This document shows, piece after piece, positions 40,146-52,740 of a stretch of DNA of 64,000 nucleotides; the first letter of the stretch is position 1; each line of letters starts with the position of its first letter. The stretch is taken from contig NC_043004.1 in NCBI RefSeq assembly GCF_006345805.1, positions 71,734,001 through 71,798,000 of the forward strand. The letters run 5' to 3'. The position numbers were made by a program, and so were the translations under genes. The DNA is from Octopus sinensis. Its lineage: Eukaryota. Below the pieces are notes generated by a model, which saw nothing but the letters and a program-made list of their open reading frames with translations, had not been told where the DNA came from and did not search any database.

Positions 40146-40920
40146 TTATCTTCCTATCTAGCCTCGAGTTCATGTGTGTTTTAGCCACCCACATGCTCCC
40201 TAGGAAGTTTGGAATCTGAATCTCAGTAGCATTTCTAAACCCGGCGCTATTTTACTCCCATCAACTTGGTTGGTTGTTTGAGGGCTACACTCCTTGCATG
40301 TTTTTCTTTTTATTCCACACATCGTCCGGCCCGTTGTAACTCATCATCCAGAAGGAAACCTTTCCGATTTGTTGCAGCGAGCGCAAAACGAATCCCCTTT
40401 CCATTATCTCTTTTGGATGTAGTCACTCTAGCCTCTATGGTAGAGCCCATGGTAGTGGCTTCGACGGAGGCGGCACTGGTGTTCACGCTAGTTACAACAT
40501 TTTCTATTTTAATTACTCACTTTCATTTACATTGTTTAGATATATTTAGTTTTTTATGGTCTTGTTGTTGCTGTTGTTGTTGTTCACTTGATGCCTTGTT
40601 CACCAGTCAGTGCTTGGTTTTGCTGAGGTGGCGGTGACGTCGTTTACTATTGTCAGCGGTAGGCTAGTGTTGTCTTTCTTTTCATGTTACTTCTTTCATT
40701 GCCATCTTTCAAAATATTTGCTTTCACCGAAAGTTGAAAGAAGTTTAAAGATATTGAAATGCACCTCTTGAAAAGCAGATTGTGTTGCTAAACGGAAATC
40801 CTAGCAGCGCAGTGCAGAAAATGTTTAAAAAAAGTTGACGAAGAGATTGAACTCTTTTACTGCTAATGGGGCTTCAATCTACAGAATAATAATAATAATA
40901 CTGATAATAATAATAATAAT

Positions 40921-40990
<70 letters not shown>

Positions 40991-40992
<2 letters not shown>

Positions 40993-43709
40993 CCGCAAAT
41001 ATAACATCACAGAGAATGATTTGCCTGAAATAAAAGAAAAGCTGAAGCAAGATATCCTTGCCAAAGCACAAAGGATCCGCCGGTACAAGAAACGACAACG
41101 CTTCTTTGAAGAAAACAAAAAGTTCAACTCTAACCCCAAAAAGTTCTACCAAGAACTGGAAAATAATAAAATAGAAGTCACTGCAGCACCAACGGCAGAA
41201 GGATTGGAAGAATTCTGGGGAGAAATATGGTCGGCGAACGAACCACCAAAAAAAAAGGAGTATCAGAATAACAAACTCGGCATCTGAACAACTTTGGACC
41301 CCCATAACAACTGAAGAGGTCACCCAGGCACTGCAAAGACTAAGCAACTGGAAGGCACCTGGGCATGACAAGATCCCCAACTTCTGGTTGAAATATCTAA
41401 CAGGAATGCACAAAAAGCTGGCTGAAAACTTTAACAACGTACTAGCAGAGCCAGAGACAATGTCTGAATGGCTCACGAAGGGGAAAACCATCTTAATTCC
41501 CAAATCAAATGAAACAGAAAAACCAGAAAACTACAGACCAATAACCTGCCTCCCTACTATGTTCAAGGCATTTACTGCAGTGATATCACAAAGGCTGAAC
41601 AAGCACCTGGACGAAAACAAACTGTTCCCAGAAGAGCAGAAAGGATGCCGCAAAGGCTCATATGACTGTAAAGATCAACTAATGATTAATAAAGCCATAA
41701 CTGAAGACAGCCACAGAAAGAAGAAAAGCCTCAGTATGGCCTGGATTGACTACAAAAAGGCGTTTGATAGCATCCCCCACACATGGATCCTCGAAACACT
41801 AGCCATTAACAAAGTAGCACCAACAATCATAAAATTCATAGAGCACTCTATGAATAAATGGCAAACAGTCCTACACCTCCAAACAAAAGAGGGACTCATG
41901 AAAACCAAATACATCCCCATTAGAAGAGGAATATTCCAGGGAGACACGCTCTCTCCACTCCTTTTCTGCTTGGCACTGTCACCTCTATCTGATATGCTAA
42001 ATAGAACTGGATGCGGATATAAATGTTACGGCAAAACGATCAGCCACCTTCTATATATGGATGACCTAAAACTATACGCTGCAAATGACAAACAGCTGGA
42101 AACACTATTAAAGACAGTTCATGGATTTACCAAAGAAATAGATATGAAATTTGGATTAGAAAAATGCGCCAAAGTAACCCTGAAAAGAGGAAAACTAGTT
42201 AAGAGTAACAACATCACACTAGATAAAACCAATGAAATAAAAGAATTAGACCAAAGCCAAACTTACAAATACTTAGGAATCCATGAACTAGATAAGACAC
42301 AACACACACAAATGAAAGAGAAAATAAAAAAGGAATATTATAGACGAGTTAGATCAATACTAAACACAGAGTTCAATGCTAAAAACAAGATAATAGGTAT
42401 CAACACTTTAGCTGTCCCAGTTATAAGTTACAGCTACAATATCCTTAACTGGACACGAAATGAACTGACCAAAATAGATAGGAAAACAAGAAAAATAATG
42501 ACAGGATCTAGGATGCATCACCCAAAATCTGACATAGAAAGACTATATATACAACGTATAGAAGGTGGTAGAGGCCTTATACAACTGGAAAACTACTATA
42601 AAATAACCACCATAGGACTGCAAAAATATCTACTTCAGAAGGAAGGAAACCTGATCCAAATAGCGGCAAAACAAGAGCAAAACAAAAAACTGTTCTCAGT
42701 ATTTAAGGAAGCTGACAAATACAAACAAGAAATCATACCACCTAATAAATATGAAGAAGAAGAAGATGAAGAAACAACAAAAGCTATAAAACAAATGAAA
42801 TGCAAACTAAAAATAGAACAGCAACGAACCATGATAAAACGATGGCAAGAAAAGCCCCTTCATGGTAAATACTGGACTAAACTAAACGCAAAAGAAATAG
42901 ACAAAGAAAAATCCCAGCAATGGTTGAGAAGCTCAGGACTCAAAGCAGAAACAGAGGGATTTTTAATTGCAGCACAAGACCAAAGCCTCCCCACCAGAAA
43001 TTACCAAAAACATGTAATGAAGAGAAATATTACAAGTAACTGCAGAATATGTGGAGATGGACAAGAAACAATAAATCATATTATCTCTAGCTGCCCAGTC
43101 TTGGCTAAGAAGGAATATATTCACAGACATGACAGAGTTGGAACCTACATACATTGGAAGCTATGCCAACATTATGGAATAACAACAGAAAAAAGATGGT
43201 ATAGGCACACACCAGAAAAGGTCACAGAAAACGAGAAAGCAACCATACTCTGGGATATGCCGATACACACAGATAGAGAAATTAAGGCCAACAGACCAGA
43301 TATAGTTGTCAGAGATCATGAAGAAAAAAATGCTTTCTAATTGATGTATCAATACCGGCTGATGACAACGTGTCTCTAAAAGAAATGGAGAAACTCTCAA
43401 AATACAAAGACCTGGAAATAGAGGTAACTAGAATGTGGAATCTGAAAACAGAAACAATTCCTATCATAGTAGGTGCATTAGGCATGATAAAAAAATATTC
43501 AGACAAATACATAACAAAAACACCAGGACTTACAAACACATATAACATACAGAAAATTGCACTACTAGGCACTGCACACATCCTACGCAGAACACTTTCC
43601 ATACAATAACCATCAGAGCATCACAACAAATCACAGCACATACCCAAGGCACACAGAGCTGCGCTCGGTAGTGAAGTGAAAGCACGCTATAAAAATAAAA
43701 CTACTGAAC
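40991..43709 (+). mobile_element. Young 5'-truncated R4/Dong non-LTR retrotransposon (RT, CCHC finger, RLE endonuclease)
   Basis: 650 aa ORF 41388-43340 with YRPITCL, WIDYKKAFD, GIFQGDTLSP, YMDD, CRIC..HIISSC..RHD, RPDIV; RLE tail in the -1 frame (43370-43609); (TAA)n on both sides. Confidence 0.95.
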
Positions 43710-43753
<44 letters not shown>

Positions 43754-43781
43754 TAATAATAATAATGATAATAATAATAAT

Positions 43782-44260
43782 AAGCTATAGCTACAATATC
43801 CTTAACTGGGCACTAAATGAACTAACCTAAATAGACAGGAATACCAGAAAAATAATGCCAGGCTCTAGGATGCACCACCCACAATCTGACAGAGAAAGGT
43901 TATATATACAACGTATAGAAGGTGGTAGAGGCCTTATACAGCTAGAAAACTATTACAAATAACCACCATTGGACGGCAAAAATACCTACTTCAGAAGCAA
44001 GGAAATCTAATGCAAATAGCCACAGGAAACGAACAAAAAAAAACTGTTTACATATTTAAGGAAGCTGACAAATAAGTCATACTACCTAACAAATATGTGG
44101 AAGAAGAAACAACAAAAGTGGTAAAACACATGAAATGCAAACTAAAACTAGAAGAACAACGGACCATGATAAATCAATGGCAAAAAGCCCCTTTCATGGC
44201 AAATACTGGATTAAACTAAATGTAAAAGAAATAGACAAAGCAAAATCAAGTACGTTTATA
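43782..44260 (+). mobile_element. Old Dong RT fragment, right copy
   Basis: Mirror of 24540-24862 with an additional internal stretch; joined directly to the Helitron remnant. Confidence 0.8.
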
Positions 44261-44279
44261 CGTATGTCAACAAAGGTTG

Positions 44280-46340
44280 CGACACACCAATATTTGGCCT
44301 TCAACAAGAACGCTGCTGGGTTAAGGGGACTTACTATCAGGTGTGACGGTACATAAGTAGGAACGAAGTTATCTTTGGCTTTCCACTTCACAAGCGACAT
44401 CCCACCTTCCATCAGTTCACCTGGAAAAGGGTCAATGGGTGTACATCACCGACGTTAATGCTTCTCTGTTGGCAGAAGAACCAAGGGACACAACACTCAC
44501 CGCATTATTTAAGGTTTGTCAAGATGACTCATTCGTTCAAACCTTGCTGTATGAACAGATTCCATCCTACTATACCTGGAATTGAAAAAATGCCTCCGAA
44601 AAAAGCAGATCAAGATGTTCATTGTTACCCCGGCATTAAGTTTGATAATTGCCTTGGGCGATTTACACAGTACATCCCAGTCAACACGAGTGTCTCTAAC
44701 GTCGTCTACTACTAGAAGAGGTCAGAGGGCCAACGACTTTCCTGGCCCTCATTCAGTTGATGGTTATGTCTGCGCAACGTACAGAGACGCCTGAATGCGA
44801 CAAGGTCTATTAAAAGACCGTGTACAGTAGAATGCAACTTTAGGAGACTCTGCTGAATCGAAACCACCTAAAAGTCTCAGGGCACTATATGCTGTATTGC
44901 TATAGACATACAAACTGTGCGAGTTTTCCTCGTTATTGCTCAAGTAGAGAAATGACCTCGGTGAAGACATTAAGCCTCAAGTTTCACTGCTCTATGCTGA
45001 TATAGAGGGCATCAACGATGAAGTCTACAAGAGAGATCTGATTGACGTCGAAGACAGAATTAATACTCCGGGTGGAAATGAATTACCCACATATGACCTG
45101 CCAGGAGCACCGAGGGACAAGAAAAACATTTGTTACAACGCTCTACCTTGCAGGATTCAGGGAGCACCAAGATATTGCGGCAGTTCATGGATTGCAGATA
45201 TTTTTGTTGCCCGGAGGCAGAACAATACACTCGACATTTAAGCTACCTCTCAATTTAGAAGCATCTGAGATGCCTTCATGCAACATGAGCAAAAGCTCAG
45301 ACCAGGAACCGGTCCTTAGAATGTGTGACCTCATCGTCTGTGCGAGTGCACCGTGGCTCACAAGGGATCTCTAGAAACATTAGATATATCAGTCTCCAGT
45401 GGGAGTTGTAATGCTTCTGTTCTCGGTTGATTTCAAGCAGATCCTTCTTGTCATTCCCAAAGGCACTAGAACAGATAAGATCCAAGCGAGTGTGAAGTCC
45501 TGGCCTCTGTGTCATCTTGTTACGATCCTGACTCTGACCACTAACGTGCGAGCTCAACTTCATACTGACCAAATGTCCGCAACATTTGAACAGGATATTT
45601 TGACACTTGGCGATGGCAAGGTGCCCCTAGACGCCGCATGATGATGACCTCAAAGACAAAGTATTTCATAACCTTACAGAAAATTACCAAAACCACAATT
45701 GGTCACAGAGCAATATTGTCTCCAAAAAACGTCGCTGTTAATAAACATAACGAACAGCTGATGATTATCTTCACACTTATAAATCACTTGGTCCAATTCC
45801 AGAATTTATTCACCAATATTTATCCACCAAACTTTATCAATTCTTTGGAGACTGACGGACTACTTCCACACTTATTACCATTTAAAGTTGGAACTCCTGT
45901 ATGCTGCACCGAAATCTAGAACCGCCACGACCTTTCAATGGGACAAGACTGGTAGTAAAGAAAATGTTGCCACAGTTTATCGAGGCAATAATTTATGGAT
46001 GTAGAAAATGTGATGACGTTTTCATTGCAAGAATTCCATTTATCCCATCAGGAGAAGAAATTTCCCATTTCATTCAGAAAACTGCAGATCCGTCTTCGTT
46101 TCAATTTTCCGATGTCAACTAATAAATCCCAGGATCAGGCCGTCTGTGACTGGCATATTCTTCGACGAGTCCTTTTTTCCGAACAACTGTATGTTGGCTG
46201 CACAATAGTGGGAGACAAAACAAACAACTTTACATACGCTCAAGAAAAACAAGGAACATTGTTTACAATGAGGTTTTATAATCACAACAGCATGAACGAA
46301 GACACGTGATCACATTTTCTTTACCAAACCTTATGTGCTT
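44280..46340 (+). mobile_element. Helitron Rep/PIF1-helicase remnant, right copy
   Basis: EPRDTTLTALFKVCQDDSFVQTLLYEQIPSYYTW, LLPGGRTIHSTFKLP, DFKQIL, NGTRL; mirror of 22560-24520. Confidence 0.9.
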
Positions 46341-46395
46341 TTATGTATGTATGCCTGTATCTGTCTATCTATCTATCTAATCTATCTATCTATCT

Positions 46396-46455
<60 letters not shown>

Positions 46456-46585
46456 GAATAATTATTGAATAATTATTGCGGCATTTACTGTTAAATTAGC
46501 AGTTCGTACATGTGCTTTTATTTCGTTAATCGATTAACACAATATAACATTTAATAGAGGTAATCTTGCTATAGAAAAATATCGT

Positions 46586-47608
46586 TCAGAGGGTGCAAGG
46601 TCAGGTGAGTATTGGGATGGGGGGAGGAGTTCATAGCCGCACGCCTGTGCTTCTGATCTGGCGACACGCAACTTGTGGACCGGAGCGTTGTCCTGCAGGA
46701 GGAGGATGCCTTTGCTGATCTTGCCCCACCTCTAGATTTTGATAGCTTCTCTTAATTTTCTCAAAAGTGAAGCATAATAGGCTCCTGTAATTGTGGTACC
46801 CTTTGCCAGGAAATCTGTCATCACTACTCCGTCCTGGTCCCAGAAGACTGTCAGCATGACCTTGCCAGCGGAGGGCTGCACCTTTGCCTTCTTTGGAGGA
46901 GGTGAGTCACGGTGTTCCCACTGCATTGACTCGGCTTTGGTCTCTGGATCATAGTGATTGACCCAGGTTTCATCCTGTGTAATCAGTCTTTTGAAAAATT
47001 TTGACTCATCTTGGCACATCTCCAAATTCATCCTCGAGCACTCGATGCGTTCTTGCTTCTGGAAAGGTGTGAGCAGCCTGGGAATCCATCTGGCAGACAC
47101 CTTTTGCATATGCAAATGGTCATGAATGATAGTTTCCACTGACCTGGTACTAATCTTGACCTCATGGGCTATTTAGCAAATAGTTATGCGTCGATCTTCC
47201 AAAATGGCAGCCTCAACTTGACGGACAGATGCCTCATCAATGGCAGAAAGGGGGCGACCAGATTTGGGAGCTGTTTCCACAGAGTTCCGACCATGTTTGA
47301 ATTCACGATTCCAGCGTTTTACAAGGTCATATGATGGGGCACCATCACCATAAGTTACTTTCATTTCATCAAAAGTCTCCCGTGGTGTGCGTCCTTTCAA
47401 ATACAAAAACCGGATCACTGCTCGACACTCAACAGGCTCCATTTCACACTTGCCTCAGTTCAAACACCTGTAAATCATAAACCAGAATTAGTTCAGAGCT
47501 GTAGTTTTTCATTTAATCTATAGAGATATAAATAATTGCATTTGCAAAATTTCAGCTAGATCAAACAATTGCAAGTGGGTCAGGGGCATTACTTATTGAA
47601 CGCCCCTC

Positions 47609-47609
<1 letters not shown>
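46586..47609 (-). mobile_element. mariner transposon, single TIR, truncated at the YSPDLAPS motif; right-arm specific
   Basis: TIR (TA)CGAGGGGCGTTCAATAAGT at 47609; ORFs with SGRP, WIPRLLT, DETW, then QDNAP..H and YSPDLAPS ending at ~46586. Confidence 0.9.
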
Positions 47610-47650
<41 letters not shown>

Positions 47651-48605
47651 GAATAATTATGGAATAATTATTGTGGCATTTACTGTTAAATCAGCAGTTC
47701 GTACATGTGCTTCTATTTCTTTAATCGATTAACACAATATAACATTTTATAGAGGTAATCTTTCTATAGAAAAATATAGTTTACGAGATATTATACGAAC
47801 ATGAAAACGACGACGACAACGTGACATTTTCTATATGAGTGTGTATATGTGTGATATGTGTGAGTGTGAATGTGTACGAGTCTCAGAGTGTGTGCATTTC
47901 CGTGTTCGGCGTCAATGTCATACTTCGTATATGAGTGTCTATGTGTGTATGAGCGCATCATTATGTATATCCCTGTGACTGTGTGTGTTTTCACGTTAGA
48001 TATAACTTTAAAGATGGACACACATATCCACACATACATATGTGTATGTGTCTATGACATGCGGGAATATATGTCTGTATGTGTCTCTCTTACTATATGA
48101 ATATCATGGTCCCAATACGTTTTTAATTTCTCACCTAATGCGGGCCCGGAGCAATGTCTTGCACTGGTTCTTTATTACGTGTCAAAAAGTGAAATAATAA
48201 CATCTATATTGTGAAATAATATTGTTTCCATTTTTATTCTTCTAATGTGATAACACCATTCACTTTCAATTTTCAATTTTCATGCGATAACATTAAGGTC
48301 CTCTTAGTTTATATATTTGCAGTACAATTGCCAGTTAATAATTATCGTAGCAGTTGCAACGTTCCAAGTCATTTACAGTAACATACGAACCCTTAAATTG
48401 AGGGTGCTTAATCTTTAGTGGTTCAGCAAAAGACAACGATATAATCAGTACTGGGCTTACAAAGAATAAATACTGTGGTCGATTTATTTGATTAAAGGTA
48501 GTGCTCCAGCATGTCCGCACTCACATGACGGAAACGAGTGAAACAATAAATAAACCACGCCATCCTAGTCTGGAGCAACGCCAGGTATCTCAGCTAATAT
48601 ATATA

Positions 48606-49466
48606 CAAGCGTTGGACAAAATAATAGAAAAACCTAACATCTTAGCATCATAAGTTTGAAATATCTATAAAACTGTGAAGAGCTTGTTGATTTTTATATC
48701 TTTTGATTTCATATTAGTGTTGCCTAATATGTTTTGCTAAAAGAGTTGTTTCTTTTCAGATATCATCAGAAAAATGAAAGTAAACTTGATTAAAAGCATT
48801 TAGAATGGAGTAAAAACCTACAGAATTGACCCTAGAGCAGCTGAAAAAGTTATTTTCTCGGATGATTCATCCTTTATCTTATTTCCGACCACCGGCTGAG
48901 TACACGTGTGGAGACAACCAAAATAAACATTTGACCCAGACTGCCTTCTTCCAACTGTTAAACATGGATGAGGATCTGTGATGATCTGGCGTGGGTGCTA
49001 TATATTGGACTTCTGCAAGACCAATGGTTTCTCTTTATGGTAGAATTAATAGTCAAGGCAATTTAAGCATTTCATTTGATCAAATTCAATCTATGGTTGC
49101 GGAACTGTTTCTGGAGGGAAACGCAATGTTTCAGGATGACAATGCACCAATTAACACAGCTAAAGTGTTTACTGAAGTTGAACATCTGGCCACCACAGTC
49201 CCCAGATCTCAATATTATTGAACATTTTTGGTGCATTTTAGAAAAACAAGTAAAGAGTCGATATATTCTACCATCAACATTACAAGAACTGGAGACTCTT
49301 TAGCTGAATAATGTACAAAATTTCCTTTGGAAACAATTCAAACTTTGTATGAATTCATACCTAGTAGAATTCAAGTTGGTAATTACTGCGAAAGGCTGTC
49401 CTATACAAATTTAAGATAAATTTTTTCGAAATTTTAAGGTGTTCCCATTACTTTGGGCAAACCCTG
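48606..49466 (+). mobile_element. Tc1 element, right copy, with ~385 bp internal deletion
   Basis: Mirror of 20208-21449; the junction TTGATT-AAAA-GCATTT joins left-arm positions ~21265 and ~20879 through an AAAA microhomology. Confidence 0.9.
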
Positions 49467-50772
49467 TGTATGTATGTATGTATGTATGTATGTATGTATG
49501 TATGTATGTATGTATGTATGTATGTATGTGTGTGTATATTTACACACACACACACACATACACATACATATATATATATATATTGAGTTTGCAACTTCAT
49601 CATGTGGAGTATTATTTTTTTAATCCAGATATCATCTGGTTTTATCAAATGTATTGAAAGAAAGTTCTGCAACATATTTGGATAAACCAATAATGTGTAA
49701 AGTAAATGAAAGAAAATAAAGAAATATATTGGAAACTTAGTTAATTTTATTTGTGTTACGATGAAGAAAGTAATACATAAAATATTTGAAATTAAAAGAA
49801 ACAGAATCAGCAAAAGAAATAATTATAGAAGAATCCTACATATGTTTCAATCCTGCCATTATATTTAGATCATCTCCATTCGAGCGATGATACATGTAAA
49901 ATAACCCCATATTATGCCTGGATATCCACAGGGAAGATGTTTACTTTCTGGTAGTGAGCAACGAAATAAGTAATAAATAACATATATTCAAATAACGAAA
50001 GAACAAATATTCAAATAACGTAAGCAATAATTCATTAGGACGCCGAGGTCCTGTGGAGTGATATTATCAAATGAAATCTTGCTAAAATACTATAATAGAT
50101 TTGACAAAATAAGTATTATATAGTAAAATAACTATTAGTTATTTTGCATTTCAATGTACTCTTGTATAAATTTCCTTATTCAGAGAAAAATTGTTGTTTA
50201 CATACTTTGGAGAGGAATTTAAATATTTATGCGCAAAAAATTTAATAAGGTTATAGAAAGAAAACAAGAAAACATTTTATGAGGGGCGAAAAATAATGAA
50301 TTGTAACAAAATGGGAGAAAAGTGGGAGAAGAAAAACACATGAATTTTTTATGTCGGGTATAAGATACAAAAAGATTAGGATATGAAAGAGGAAAAAGGG
50401 AAATGCTATGATATATTGTATGCTACGATAATATTTTTGAATGTATTTCGGACAAAAGTTATAATAACTATTATTATTTAGCATTTCGGTGTACTAAGTT
50501 ATACTTTCTATTGTTCTAAGAAAAGTAGCATGTATATAAAAAAATTATAGTGCACTGACATGTGAGAGAATTTATATTTTTATACGAAATAAAATGTTTA
50601 ATATGAGGTAGATTTTATAATCCGTTAGATTTTTCTAAAGTATAACTTTAATAACTAGCAAACTCCCTTTCATCGTGTAGTCAAACATTTTTTACTCTAC
50701 GATTTTCCCATGATATAAAAAATATAATTTGTTTTACTAGTGAATTACATATATATAAGATTTGTGGATAAT

Positions 50773-50812
<40 letters not shown>

Positions 50813-51010
50813 GGAGCTGTGGAAGTTTGTTTATAAGATTTTAGAAAATAAATGATAATAAGTCCTAGTAATATTGGAGATTCTTTTATGCTTATTTCTT
50901 TTGTTGATTCTATGCCTTTTCATTTCAAATATTTTATGTATGACTTTATACATCGAGATACAAATGAATGTAACAAAGTATCCACTATATTACTGCTCCA
51001 TTTCCTTTTA

Positions 51011-51395
51011 GTAAAAGCTGACCAGAAGAGAATAAATGCATTCGAGCTTTGGTGTTGGAGAAGACTTTTGCGGATTCCATGGACAGCGAGGCTCACCAAT
51101 GGAAAAGTTCTTAAGAAGATAAGGCCGAAAATGTCGCTAGAAGCTAGGATCGCCAAGCATAGATTGGCATATTTTGGTTATATTATGCGGAGAAAATCCC
51201 TGGAGAAGGACATCATGCTCCGAATGGTCAGTGGCAAAAGAGGAAGAGGTCGACCAAGAACTCGCTGGCTTGAACCCATCAAGAGTGATAGCGGAATGGA
51301 CATATCCAATCTGAAAGAAGCGGCCCATGATAGAACTGACTGGAGAACACTGATCCAACGAGTGACTGAGAGTCGACTTCGACTGAGCGGATACA
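51011..51395 (+). mobile_element. BovB-like RTE retrotransposon 3' fragment; right-arm specific
   Basis: KRINAFELWCWRRLLRIPWTAR..YFG.IMRR.SLEK..ML..V.GKRGRGRPR.RW....DR..WR..I..VT.SR.RL closely follows the BovB ORF C-terminus as I recall it; absent at left ~17290. Confidence 0.85.
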
Positions 51396-51455
51396 GAGAT
51401 ACACACATGCACACATACACACACATGTATATATTGCTTTATATATTTTTCAGGA

Positions 51456-51768
51456 ATGAAAATGCATGTACTCTACAACCTACTGCGGGTTTTCACCATT
51501 ATATTTCTCGTGACGTTGGAGATTGGCGAATCGAACCATGCAAGTTATTATGGAAAAATGAGCAAGATAGCGTGCCTGGATAACTGGTTGATTGGAACTC
51601 AAACCGCACGTTCACTCATAGATTGCGCATCAAGTTGTATAATGACTAATATGTGTGGTTTTTTTAGTTATTGTAAGGGCACATACAAAATGCATAAATC
51701 TCTTGACGAGAGGCCTCCTTACAAGTCTGGATGCGACTGTGTATCTTAGTTAATACTAGATAGAAACG
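51456..51768 (+). pseudogene. First coding exon of the PAN-domain protein, right copy, with premature TAG (51747-51749)
   Basis: Mirror of 16889-17213 with a 12-bp in-frame indel (PNGN absent), TAT->TAG at codon 98 and Cys->Tyr in KGTCKMH; acceptor and G|GTGAGT donor retained. Confidence 0.8.
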
Positions 51769-52442
51769 GTGAGTAACGTGTTTTTGTGGGTTTTGTATTT
51801 CATTTCCACCATCATCACAATGCATTGTATCTGACCACCTGAATACTAGGTGCGTCTTTTATCATGTAAGGTCTCATTGCTGGTTAAAATCGTAACATTA
51901 TCTTACTAATACGGGTATTTCTTAAACGTATTTAACATCACGATGCCAATCTTTTTTCTTTTTACAAAGAAATTAATGCATGCAAGAATTTACTAATGTA
52001 GCACTCACACATAGATAGTCCAATATCTTAGATAGTCCAATATATCATTAGAAAATCATGTAATTTTAATAACCACATTTTTTTAACGAATATGCCAGAG
52101 TAAATTAATTAGTCGTTAGCAGTTTGGTTTTGCATTGAAAATGTAAAATTATTGAGTAAGTTATTTGGATATATATATATGAAAGAAGGTTTGAAATGCA
52201 ATTTTAAAAGATGTTTATTTACTTGATCGATTTCACTTTTTTAGAAAAAGATTGTCGAAAGTAACATGTAAAATCTTTGTTGTGTTAGGTACTGGTTGTA
52301 ACAAAATATTACAATACATATATACATTCTTTGATAATAATAAGAACGTGTTAAAAACAGTTAACAAGGGAAAACCTTGAGAAAATATTAAAAAAATTTG
52401 ACAAGTATATATATATATATATGTATGTATGTATGTATAGGA

Positions 52443-52740
52443 GGAGACACCCTTCGGTCACGAAAGACCATGGAATTGCACCTAGAGAGTTACCCTTGAG
52501 GCACAAGTCCCGCAAGGTTGTTTGCGGACGGCCAGCAGTCGCCCATGCATACCCGCTTCCTCTCTCCACATAACTGATGTTATCCACGGGAAAGGCAAAG
52601 GTGAGTTAACTGGAGCAACGTGAAATAAAATGTCTTGCTCAAGAACACAACACGCAGCCCAGTCCGAGAATCGAACTCGCAATCACACGATCGTAACCTC
52701 GATGCTCTAAGCACTGAGCCATGCGCCTTTACACAAACAC
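52443..52740 (-). mobile_element. SINE family 2, right copy (internal deletion)
   Basis: Mirror of 15838-16172. Confidence 0.85.

Noticed and set aside
50852-51583. 243 aa ORF as a novel host gene
   Set aside because: It is a chance fusion of intron sequence, the BovB-like fragment and an out-of-frame read into the PAN exon; the left arm has no equivalent.
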